Below are positions 8,991-17,430 of a DNA stretch of 64,000 nt, in pieces. Numbering within the stretch: position 1 is the stretch's first letter; every line of letters starts with the position of its first letter. The DNA lies in NCBI GenBank assembly GCA_046757165.1, contig JBHHXT010000006.1:780-64779 (forward strand), in the 5' to 3' direction. A program made the position numbers and the translations under genes. The notes under the pieces are model-generated. The model did not search any database and had not been told where the DNA came from. It was given only the letters and a program-made list of their open reading frames with translations. Source of the stretch: a bacterium (GTDB lineage: Bacteria; Zhuqueibacterota; Zhuqueibacteria; Oceanimicrobiales; Oceanimicrobiaceae).

Positions 8991-10748
8991 ATGAAAACTG
9001 GCGGTGCTTTTCTCACTTCCCCCGTTTGCACGGATGAAATCTTTACTCGCGAACAGTTCTCCGAAGAGCAAAAAGAAATCGGCCAGATGGTCGAGAAATT
9101 TGCCCGCGAGCGTATCCGGCCACAAAAAGAAGAGATCGAGAAGTTCAACAAAGAGCTCTCGCTCGAGCTGCTGCGTGAATGCGGCGAGATGGGATTGCTG
9201 AGCGTGGACATTCCGCAACCGTATGGCGGTCTCGGGCTGGACAAGGTCACCTCCGCCATCGTGGCGGAAAAACTCTCCATGGGGATGTGTGCTTCCTTCG
9301 CGACGACCTTCGGGGCACATGCGGGCATCGGCACCCTGCCGACCGTGTTTTTTGGCAATGAACAGCAGAAGAAAAAATATTTGCCCAAACTGGCCACTGC
9401 CGGGTGGATCGCTTCCTATGCGTTGACCGAACCGGAATCCGGCTCGGATGCCACCTCCGCCAGGACCACTGCCCGGCTCTCTGGAGATGGCAAATCCTAC
9501 ATTTTGAACGGCACCAAACAGTTCATCACCAATGCGAGCTGGGCCACGCTTTTCACCACCTTTGCGAATATGGACGGCAAGTTTACAGGGTTCCTGATCG
9601 AGCGCGACACCCCCGGGTTGTCCATCGGACCCGAGGAGAAAAAGATGGGCGTCAAGGGCTCCTCTACCTGCTCGGTCTATCTTGAAAATGCAACCGTGCC
9701 GGTGGAGAGCGTTCTGGGCGAAGTTGGCTCGGGCGCAGCTATCGCGTTCAATACCTTGAACATTGGCCGGTTCAAATTGGGCGCCGGCGCATTGGGCGGT
9801 TGCAAGATCGTCACCGAGGAAACGCTGCGCTATGCCAGCCAGCGCCGGCAGTTCGGCCAGGCCATCCGCAATTTCGATGTGATCAAAGGATATTTCGCAG
9901 ACATGGCTGTCCGGACATTCGCGCTGGACGCCATCGTCTACCGCACCATCGGCCTGATCGATGCGGCCATTGCCGCTATTCCTGTGGACGCACCCGACTA
10001 CAACAAACGCGTTGCTGACGCGATTGAAAGTTACGCCATCGAGGCCTCCATGTGCAAGGTTTACGGCAGCGAGAGCCTGGCCTTTGTGGCGGACACCAGC
10101 GTGCAGATTTACGGCGGCTACGGGTTCATTGAAGAGTACCCACTGGCCTCGGTCCTGAGAGACACCCGCATCGACCGCATCTGGGAAGGCACCAACGAGA
10201 TCAACCGACAGATCATCGCGGGCTACGTTCTGAAGAAAGCTTTGCTGGAAACCCTGCCCATGCGGGAGGGGATTAAGGACATCAAGCTGCAAAATCTGCA
10301 CGCGGGTTCGCCGGTCGCTCCAGATGACGGGCTGGCCGCCGAGAAGAGCGCGTTTGAAGTCGCCAGAAAGCTGGTGCTTTACACTTTCAACGAAGCGGTG
10401 AGCAGGTACGGTCAGGACCTCACCAACCAGCAGCAGGTCGGCGCTCTGTTGAGCGACATGTTTACCGATATCTTTATCTCGAGCAGTGCACTTTCCCGGG
10501 TCTCACAGCAGAGCAAAAGGCGAGAATCCGACCCAATTGCGCGGGCAATTGTGAAAGTGTTGTGCTACGAAAGAATCCAGGCGTTGACGGCGGCCGCTCA
10601 GAAGATCTTGCACGCCGTTGTCGAGGCGCCCTACCTCGGCCAGACGATGCGTACGCTGAATCTATTCCGCCAAGAAATGCGGGTAGAGCAGAACATATTC
10701 AGGTTGAAACGCGAAATAGCGGAAGCCGTTTATTCGGGCCTGAGCTGA
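8991..10748 (+). CDS. fadE: Long-form acyl-CoA dehydrogenase (Bacillus FadE/YusJ-like, about 585 aa with C-terminal extension).
   Basis: An AAGAGGTG ribosome-binding site precedes the ATG at 8991. The acyl-CoA dehydrogenase motifs are YALTEPESGSDA and QIYGGYGFIEEYPLASVLRDTRIDRIWEGTNEI, followed by about 200 extra C-terminal residues as in Firmicute FadE. Confidence 0.8.
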   Translation: MKTGGAFLTSPVCTDEIFTREQFSEEQKEIGQMVEKFARERIRPQKEEIEKFNKELSLELLRECGEMGLLSVDIPQPYGGLGLDKVTSAIVAEKLSMGMCASFATTFGAHAGIGTLPTVFFGNEQQKKKYLPKLATAGWIASYALTEPESGSDATSARTTARLSGDGKSYILNGTKQFITNASWATLFTTFANMDGKFTGFLIERDTPGLSIGPEEKKMGVKGSSTCSVYLENATVPVESVLGEVGSGAAIAFNTLNIGRFKLGAGALGGCKIVTEETLRYASQRRQFGQAIRNFDVIKGYFADMAVRTFALDAIVYRTIGLIDAAIAAIPVDAPDYNKRVADAIESYAIEASMCKVYGSESLAFVADTSVQIYGGYGFIEEYPLASVLRDTRIDRIWEGTNEINRQIIAGYVLKKALLETLPMREGIKDIKLQNLHAGSPVAPDDGLAAEKSAFEVARKLVLYTFNEAVSRYGQDLTNQQQVGALLSDMFTDIFISSSALSRVSQQSKRRESDPIARAIVKVLCYERIQALTAAAQKILHAVVEAPYLGQTMRTLNLFRQEMRVEQNIFRLKREIAEAVYSGLS

Positions 10749-11017
10749 GCGCTTCCTGGCCGGTGCGGCGGTGTACAGGCTTTCAGCTTGCTTTGGGTAA
10801 GGGGAGCAACATGATGCCAAGTAAACACCCTGAAGTGAACTCCGAGAGCGGGGCGGTCGGTGTTCAAGCTTCAGCTTGAGGGGAGTGGTTGGGACACGCG
10901 GCTTACCCAAATCACGAATACCCGGAGCCGGTGAGAAGACTATTCAACGGTGAATCGCTCAATTCAGGTTAAAGCCCGACAGTAAGAACACAAAGAACAC
11001 AGCAAAAGGAGCAGACA

Positions 11018-12157
11018 ATGTCAAGTCAAGAGAGATTTACGGTCATCATCGATGCCGTACGGAGCCCGATTGGTGTCAAGAACGGTCGACTTGTGGGTAT
11101 CCGGGCGGACGAGCTATCGGCCCAGGTGGTCCGTGCTCTGCTGAAAAGAAATCCACAGTTCCCGAAGGAGAAGACCGAAGACGTGGTCTGGGGGTGTGCC
11201 TTTCCGGAAGCGACACAGGGCATGCTGGTCGCGCGCGGCGTGGGCTTGTTGGCCGGCCTGGCGGAGACCACCGCGGCCAAAGTCGTCAACCGCTTTTGTG
11301 GCTCATCGATGGAGGCGGCGCACCAGCTCGATCGCGCGATCCTGGCCGGGGACATCGAAGCGGGGATTGCCGGTGGGGTAGAGGACATGTTCTCCATCCC
11401 TATGGGCGGTTTCAACCCGAGTTTTCATCCAAAACTGGCGGAGATGAAGTTTTACATGGGGATGGGTGAGACCGCTGAAAATTTGGCCAGGGATGGTGCC
11501 ATCACTCGAGAAGCCCAGGAAAAATTTTCCGTGGCCTCCCATCAAAAAGCACTTGCTGCCTGGAAAGAAGGCCGTTTCGCGAAGGAAGTCGCGGCGATTC
11601 AAACGAACGGCGCCACCGTCGAGCAAGACGAGGGGCCGCGCGAGCCGAATTTCGAGAAGATTCAGTCCCTCAAGCCCGCCTTTCTGAAAGATGGCACCGT
11701 CACAGCGGCCACGAGCAGTCCGTTTTCGGTTGGAGCTGCCGCCCTGCTTCTGGTCAGCAACAGCCTGGCCCTGGAACTGGATTTGAAACCGCGTGCCAGG
11801 ATCGTCGCTCGCGCGGTCGCCGGTGTCGACTGGACACGGATGGGCATGGGGCCCATTCCCGCGACCGAGAAGGTGCTGCAAAAAGCCAACATGACCCTTG
11901 ACGACATCGACGTGATCGAGCTCAACGAAGCGTTCGCTGCCCAGTCGCTCTATGTGATTCAGAAAGCAGGCTGGTCCCCGGAGAAAGTCAATCTCAACGG
12001 CGGCGCCATCGCGCTGGGTCATCCACTTGGCTGCTCTGGCGCACGTATTCTGACAACCCTGCTCAATGTGATGGAACAGCAGAAGGCCAGGACCGGCCTG
12101 GCGACCATGTGCATCGGCGGGGGTCAGGGCATTGCAACCATCATCGAACGCATGTAA
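11018..12157 (+). CDS. fadA: 3-ketoacyl-CoA thiolase (acetyl-CoA acyltransferase).
   Basis: The thiolase motifs are NRFCGSSMEA with the active Cys, and NLNGGAIALGHPLGCSGARI with GGGQG near the C-terminus. Confidence 0.85.
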   Translation: MSSQERFTVIIDAVRSPIGVKNGRLVGIRADELSAQVVRALLKRNPQFPKEKTEDVVWGCAFPEATQGMLVARGVGLLAGLAETTAAKVVNRFCGSSMEAAHQLDRAILAGDIEAGIAGGVEDMFSIPMGGFNPSFHPKLAEMKFYMGMGETAENLARDGAITREAQEKFSVASHQKALAAWKEGRFAKEVAAIQTNGATVEQDEGPREPNFEKIQSLKPAFLKDGTVTAATSSPFSVGAAALLLVSNSLALELDLKPRARIVARAVAGVDWTRMGMGPIPATEKVLQKANMTLDDIDVIELNEAFAAQSLYVIQKAGWSPEKVNLNGGAIALGHPLGCSGARILTTLLNVMEQQKARTGLATMCIGGGQGIATIIERM

Positions 12158-12167
12158 GGAGGACGCC

Positions 12168-14513
12168 ATGACAGACAAGATCGAAAAAGTTGCGGTGCTC
12201 GGTGCGGGCGTAATGGGCGCCCAGCTCGCCGCGCACCTCTCGAACGCCGGCATTCCGTCCTTGTTGTTCGATATTTCCCAGGAGGTGGCTGAGCAGGGTA
12301 AACGTGCGGCGCTGACCCTCAAGCCGGCCCCATTCTACAATCCAAAAACCGCTGAGCTGATCGAGCCTTGTAACTACGACGACCACCTGGACAAACTCAA
12401 AGAAGTCGATTGGGTGCTGGAAGCGGTGGTCGAGCGTTTGGATATCAAGCAGTCGCTGTTCAACCGCATCGCGCCGCATTTGAAGAAGGGGGCGATTGTC
12501 TCGTCGAACACTTCTGGCCTCTCCATTAAGAACATGATGGACGGCATGCCGGCGGCGTTTCAGCAGCGCTTTCTGGTGACGCACTTCTTCAATCCGCCGC
12601 GCTATATGCGGCTCCTTGAAATCGTCTCCGGTGAAAAAACCGATCCGGCGCGGGTTGCAAAGTTGGCTGAATTCTGCGAAAACGTGCTGGGCAAAGGCAT
12701 CGTCACCGCCAAAGACACGCCCAACTTCATCGCCAACCGCATCGGTACCTTTGGCATGATGCTGTCCCTGAAGCTGACGCGTGAGATGAACTTGACAGTG
12801 GAGGAAGTCGACAAGATCACGGGCACACTGGTTGGCCGTCCGAAAAGCGCAACCTACCGCACCGCCGACGTTGTCGGACTCGATACGTTGGCACACGTGG
12901 CCCGGAATACATACGAATATTGCCCGGACGATGAGCAGCGGGAGATCTTTCTGGTGCCGGAGTTCTTCCAACAGATGCTGGACAAGGGCCTGCTCGGCCA
13001 AAAAGTCAAGAAGGGATTCTACCAAAAGGTCGACAAAGAGATTCTTTCCCTTGACTTAGACACCCTCGAGTATTCGCCCCAAAAAACCGTCCGCCTTGAT
13101 GGGTATCGCGTCGCCAAGGGATTTCAGACCACGCCCGAGCGCATCAAAGCGCTTGCCTTCAGCGACGATCCTGCTGGCAAATATTTCTGGGAACTGCTGG
13201 CCACCACGCTTATCTACACCGCAAACCGTCTCCCGGAAATCGCAGACGACATCGTCAATGTCGACAATGCGATGAAATGGGGATTCGGCTGGGAGCTGGG
13301 ACCGTTTGAAACCTGGGATGCGATTGGCCTGCAAAAGTCGGTTGAGCGCATGCAGCGGGAAGGAAAGAAAGTTCCAGCCTGGATTCTGGAGATGGTACAA
13401 AGTGGTGAGCCCGCTTTCTACACCAGCCAGAAGGGCCAAAAGACCTTTCTTGATCTTACCACCAAAAAACCAGCAGATTTTCCGCGCAGCGCCAAAAGCG
13501 TGGACCTGGCCTCTTTGAAACAGGCCGGCAAGGAAGTCAGCAAGAACTGGTGCGCCAGCCTGGTGGACCTCGGCGACGGCGTCCTGTGTCTGGAGTTTCA
13601 CAGCGCCCTGCAGCCGGTCATGAATCCAATCGACGCCTCGATCATCGATATGATGCAGGCCGCGCTGCAAACCGTGTCGGAGAAAGGCTTCAAAGGTCTG
13701 GTCGTTGGGCATCAGGGTCAAAATTTTTCCGCCGGCGCGAATCTGGCGCTCATCCTCGAGCTTTGCGAGGCGAAAGATTGGCCGCGCATCGAGCAGACCA
13801 GCAAGACCTTTCAGGATATCACCCAGGCGTTGAAATTCGCGCAATTTCCGGTGGTGTCGGCGCCGTTCAATCTGTGTCTTGGCGGTGGCTACGAGGCCGC
13901 GGCCTTCGCCGACCGGATTGTGGCCTCTGCCGAATTGTACTGTGGTCTCGTGGAGGTGGGGGTCGGAATCATTCCGGGCGCAGGCGGCAATCTGCGTGTG
14001 CTGCTCAACAACAGGCAGAAGATGGAAAAGGCGAGAACCGGCCCCTTTCCGGTCGTGCAGAAGGCGTTTGAAACCATCGGTTTCGCCCGCGTGTCCACCT
14101 CGGCGAAGGAAGCTGTCCGGCTGGGCTACCTGAGGCGTTCAGACCAGATCGTTCTGAACGCGCAGCATTTGCTTTTTGAGGCCAAACAGGCGGTGCTCGA
14201 GCTGGCCGGGAGTTACGCCCCACCGGCGTGCCATGAAGATCTCATTCTGCCCGGCGAGGGAGGCAGGCTGGCCATCGAAAGCTCGCTCTCCGATTTCGTC
14301 AAGGCGGGTCAGATCTCAGAACACGACCGGTTGATCGGCAGCAAACTGGCGCGGGTTCTGACCGGCGGCGACGTGGCCTCCCTGACCAGACCCGTCGACG
14401 AGCAGACGATCCTCGATCTGGAACGAGAAGCTTTCGTCAGCCTGTGCGGTGAGAAGCGCTCGCAAGAACGGATGAAGTACATGCTGGAAAAGGGCAAGCC
14501 GCTGCGGAATTAG
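12168..14513 (+). CDS. fadN: Bifunctional 3-hydroxyacyl-CoA dehydrogenase / enoyl-CoA hydratase with the FadN (Bacillus YusL) domain order: N-terminal dehydrogenase, C-terminal crotonase.
   Basis: An AAGGAGG ribosome-binding site lies 6 nt before the ATG at 12168, which is downstream of the table start. A Rossmann motif VAVLGAGVMGAQLA sits at the N-terminus and a crotonase fold in the C-terminal third. Total length is about 781 aa, and fadA ends 11 nt upstream. Confidence 0.8.
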   Translation: MTDKIEKVAVLGAGVMGAQLAAHLSNAGIPSLLFDISQEVAEQGKRAALTLKPAPFYNPKTAELIEPCNYDDHLDKLKEVDWVLEAVVERLDIKQSLFNRIAPHLKKGAIVSSNTSGLSIKNMMDGMPAAFQQRFLVTHFFNPPRYMRLLEIVSGEKTDPARVAKLAEFCENVLGKGIVTAKDTPNFIANRIGTFGMMLSLKLTREMNLTVEEVDKITGTLVGRPKSATYRTADVVGLDTLAHVARNTYEYCPDDEQREIFLVPEFFQQMLDKGLLGQKVKKGFYQKVDKEILSLDLDTLEYSPQKTVRLDGYRVAKGFQTTPERIKALAFSDDPAGKYFWELLATTLIYTANRLPEIADDIVNVDNAMKWGFGWELGPFETWDAIGLQKSVERMQREGKKVPAWILEMVQSGEPAFYTSQKGQKTFLDLTTKKPADFPRSAKSVDLASLKQAGKEVSKNWCASLVDLGDGVLCLEFHSALQPVMNPIDASIIDMMQAALQTVSEKGFKGLVVGHQGQNFSAGANLALILELCEAKDWPRIEQTSKTFQDITQALKFAQFPVVSAPFNLCLGGGYEAAAFADRIVASAELYCGLVEVGVGIIPGAGGNLRVLLNNRQKMEKARTGPFPVVQKAFETIGFARVSTSAKEAVRLGYLRRSDQIVLNAQHLLFEAKQAVLELAGSYAPPACHEDLILPGEGGRLAIESSLSDFVKAGQISEHDRLIGSKLARVLTGGDVASLTRPVDEQTILDLEREAFVSLCGEKRSQERMKYMLEKGKPLRN

Positions 14514-14748
14514 CTGCTCATTCGCCAGGAATCTGCCCGGAAAATGGTAAACAGGTCATTCCGGCTGCCGGAACCCGGTACCAGACAGCCACGCAAAGAC
14601 TCCGGGGTGCAAAGAGAGCTGACCTCAGCGGAGCCGCGACCCAATTCGGTGCGTTTCGGTAACTTCCCGGATTTGTGCGTAAAACACGGTTGCCTTTTTA
14701 GACAGCCCCAGAAACATACAAAATCGTGCAATTCACGAGTATGTTTTA

Positions 14749-14879
14749 CCGCGAAGCGCACGAAGGTCGCGAAGACAGGAAAGAGTTCTTTAGAATTTCG
14801 TGTTGCATGCTAGCTAGCGTAAGAAACAAATGACAGGTATATATAGCTTTCTCTTCGCGTTCTTCGCGCCTTTGCGGTG
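14749..14879. repeat. Imperfect palindromic intergenic element of the CGCGAAGG / CTTTGCG family (REP/MITE-like).
   Basis: The left arm ccgcgaagcgcacgaaggtcgcgaag (14749-14774) and right arm cttcgcgttcttcgcgcctttgcggtg (14853-14879) are mutually inverted around an AT-rich core. Related arms occur at 55356-55438, 61953-62032 and, more weakly, 28117-28207. Confidence 0.55.
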
Positions 14880-15127
14880 AATGAATTATTCAGAGTAAAT
14901 CACTGGCTAAGAACATGTTTTGAAGCGTCCAAACTTTGCGAAGAAAACACAATGTGAGTGGCGTCCGACATCCCCCTTTCCTGAGTTGTATCACAAGGTT
15001 GTCCCACACCAGCCCCAATTCGTCCCAGTTCTTCTACCATTCGTCCCAAAAGGGTAGAGTAATTCATAGTTTTCTCTAACTTTATGCATAATACTGGAGC
15101 TAACAACACAATCTGGAGGTCAACACG

Positions 15128-15883
15128 ATGAAAAACAGGCTTGCAACGTACCTTTTTGCGCTCAACGTTCTTCTTCTTGGCGCACCCCCTTCAAACGCGC
15201 AAATCCCGGACAAATTCGAGAACCTGCAAGTTCTCCCCAAAGATCTCAGCAAGCAGGAGCTCATGGCCCATATGCGGGCCTTCGCCAGAGGGTTGGGCGT
15301 GCGCTGCCAACACTGCCATGTCGGCGAGGAAGGGCAGCCGCTGTCGACCTTTGACTTCGCCTCTGACGAAAAACCGGTGAAGGAAACCGCTCGGATTATG
15401 ATGAAGATGCGACAGGAAATCAACCAAACCTTTATGACGCGCTTGGGCAAAGAGAAAGCGCAGACACTGCAAGTCAACTGTGTCACCTGTCACCACGGAC
15501 AGTCGAGACCACAAACGCTCGAGCAAGTGCTAACAGGTGTTTTAGATGCCGATGGTATCGACGCAGCAACCGAGAAGTATCGCGAGCTGCGAAAGCAGAA
15601 TTATGGTGGCTTTGCCTTTGATTTTGGCGAGTTCACCCTGCTGAGGCTTGCAAGCGAGCTGTCAGAAAAAAACCTCGAGGCGGCCATCGCCATGCTGAGA
15701 CTCAACCTGGAATTCTATCCGGAATCCGCTTTCACCCATTACTCCCTCGGCGAAGGGTACGCCCAAAAGGGAGACAAGGCGCTGGCCATCGAGCATCTGC
15801 AAAAAGCGTTGGCCATTCAACCGCAGAATCGACGGGCGAAAAGAAGACTGGACCAGCTTTCCAAGAGCTCAGACACGCATTGA
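15128..15883 (+). CDS. Secreted diheme c-type cytochrome with C-terminal TPR-like region.
   Basis: It has a signal peptide (MKNRLATYLFALNVLLLGAPPSNA) and two CxxCH heme-binding motifs (CQHCH, CVTCHH). The C-terminal 90 aa are TPR-like (AFTHYSLGEGYAQKGDKALAIEHLQKALAIQP). Confidence 0.7.
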   Translation: MKNRLATYLFALNVLLLGAPPSNAQIPDKFENLQVLPKDLSKQELMAHMRAFARGLGVRCQHCHVGEEGQPLSTFDFASDEKPVKETARIMMKMRQEINQTFMTRLGKEKAQTLQVNCVTCHHGQSRPQTLEQVLTGVLDADGIDAATEKYRELRKQNYGGFAFDFGEFTLLRLASELSEKNLEAAIAMLRLNLEFYPESAFTHYSLGEGYAQKGDKALAIEHLQKALAIQPQNRRAKRRLDQLSKSSDTH

Positions 15884-15914
15884 GGCTGGACAAAAAAGGG
15901 TGACCGCCATGGTT

Positions 15915-15952
15915 GGCAGATCTCAAATCTTGAGGTCTGCCGCTTTATTTTG
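15915..15952 (+). terminator. Probable rho-independent terminator after the cytochrome gene.
   Basis: The stem ggcagatctcaa-atc-ttgaggtctgcc pairs 11 of 12 bp and is followed by gctttattttgttg. Confidence 0.5.
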
Positions 15953-16017
15953 TTGCCTTTTGAACGATTTATTTGTAAAGTAGCAGCCAGAAGACGCACA
16001 TTCTCAGGGAAGAAATC

Positions 16018-17268
16018 ATGTATGTCCTGGTCCTCAATTGTGGTTCATCCTCGGTCAAATTCCAGATCATCGAGACCGATCTCGATTTGATCGAGAAGAA
16101 TTCAGACCGCCGCCTGGCGCACGGCGTGTTGGAACGCATCGGCAGCCACTCGCTGATCACCTTGCAGGCGGAAGGGGCGCCCAAGAGCAAGAAAGATGCG
16201 CCTCTGCGAGACCACCGTGCCGCCATAGACATCATTCTGCGCTGGATCATCTCACCCGAGTCAAAGATAGAACAGATTCGATCCTTGTCCGACATTCATG
16301 CGGTCGGACACCGGGTCGTGCACGGCGGTGAGAAATTCAGTAAATCGGTCAGAATCGATTCTGACATCATTGCGGAGATCGAAGAGTGCATTGAGCTGGC
16401 GCCGCTGCACAATCCTGCCAACATCAAAGGCATCAAGGCGGTGACGGAGCTCCTGGGCGAAGGGGTGCCGCAGGTCGCGGTTTTCGATACCGCCTTTCAC
16501 TCCACAATGCCGGCGACTTCCTACCTTTACGGATTGCCCTATCCGCTTTATCGTCGCTACAAGATTCGAAGGTATGGTTTCCACGGCACCTCGCACCGCT
16601 ACATCGCTTACCGTTACCGGCAAGTACACGGTTTGAACCAAAACCAGGTCAACATCATCTCCCTGCACCTCGGCAACGGCTGCTCCGCGTGCGCCATCAA
16701 AGGCGGGTCCTCTGTTGACACCTCGATGGGTTTCACGCCTCTGGATGGTCTGCTGATGGGCACCCGCTCGGGCGATGTGGACCCGTCGATACTGGAGTTT
16801 CTTTATCATAAAGAAGGCTTGACGTTCAACGAAATCGACACGCTTCTGAACAAACGGTCCGGTTTGCTCGGAATCTCAGGCTTGACCAATGACATGCGTG
16901 AACTGTTGGAAGAGGAGGCGGAGAACCAGGACCGTCGAGCCAAACTGGCCATCGATATCTTTTGCAAGAGAATCAGAAAATATGTCGCCGCGTACTATGT
17001 GGAGATGAAAGGCAAGGTGGAAGCTGTGGTTTTCACCGGCGGAATCGGGGAGAATGCGCCCACTGTGCGCGAGCGTGTTTGCCAGGGGCTGGAGAGCATC
17101 GGCTTGCACCTGGATAAGAAAAGAAATGCCACCGTACATTCCGGCGCGAGTGGCACGATCTCCAGGGACGGCAGCAGGTTACAAGCATGCGTTTTCCCGA
17201 CCGATGAAGAGCTGCTCATCGCGCGGGACACCGTACGTGTCGTCAAAAACGCGCCGCGGAGATGGTGA
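16018..17268 (+). CDS. ackA: Acetate kinase.
   Basis: It has the N-terminal VLVLNCGSSSVKFQI motif, HLGNGCSA, and a size and fold consistent with acetate/propionate kinases. Confidence 0.9.
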   Translation: MYVLVLNCGSSSVKFQIIETDLDLIEKNSDRRLAHGVLERIGSHSLITLQAEGAPKSKKDAPLRDHRAAIDIILRWIISPESKIEQIRSLSDIHAVGHRVVHGGEKFSKSVRIDSDIIAEIEECIELAPLHNPANIKGIKAVTELLGEGVPQVAVFDTAFHSTMPATSYLYGLPYPLYRRYKIRRYGFHGTSHRYIAYRYRQVHGLNQNQVNIISLHLGNGCSACAIKGGSSVDTSMGFTPLDGLLMGTRSGDVDPSILEFLYHKEGLTFNEIDTLLNKRSGLLGISGLTNDMRELLEEEAENQDRRAKLAIDIFCKRIRKYVAAYYVEMKGKVEAVVFTGGIGENAPTVRERVCQGLESIGLHLDKKRNATVHSGASGTISRDGSRLQACVFPTDEELLIARDTVRVVKNAPRRW

Positions 17269-17283
17269 GCCAGCGAGTTTATC

Positions 17284-17417
17284 CACCGAAATTCACCGAA
17301 ACCACCGAATCCCACCGAGAGTATCTAACGATCAGTGAATAATCTGTCATACTTTGACCTTTGCGGCTTCACCGCGTTAGAAATAATCCAGGTCAAAAAT
17401 AATCGGTCAACTCGGTG
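17284..17417. repeat. Array of four CACCGA(A/G) heptamers (17284-17319, period about 11 bp) with an inverted TCGGT/CTCGGTGG partner at 17403-17417, placed exactly between the convergent ackA and the giant minus-strand gene.
   Basis: The forward array reads ccaccgaaattcaccgaaaccaccgaatcccaccgag, and the partner aatcggtcaactcggtgga lies 85 bp downstream. The same heptamer family forms a near-perfect palindrome at 30925-30993. Confidence 0.55.
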
Positions 17418-17430
17418 GATAAGAATGACG

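Noticed and set aside
8973-10301. 442-aa minus-strand ORF opposite fadE (similar cases: 11303..12322-, 12141..13025-, 13056..13844- opposite fadA and fadN).
   Set aside because: The forward frames carry unmistakable acyl-CoA dehydrogenase, thiolase and FadN motifs and ribosome-binding sites. The reverse frames are Arg/Gly/Asp-rich shadows typical of high-GC coding DNA.
14514-15127. Searched the 600-bp fadN-cytochrome spacer for a tRNA, small RNA gene or regulator ORF.
   Set aside because: I recognise no cloverleaf-compatible sequence and no ORF with a ribosome-binding site. The content is explained by a weak hairpin (ttccggc-tg-ccggaa at about 14557-14572), the REP-like element and an AT-rich promoter region for the cytochrome gene.
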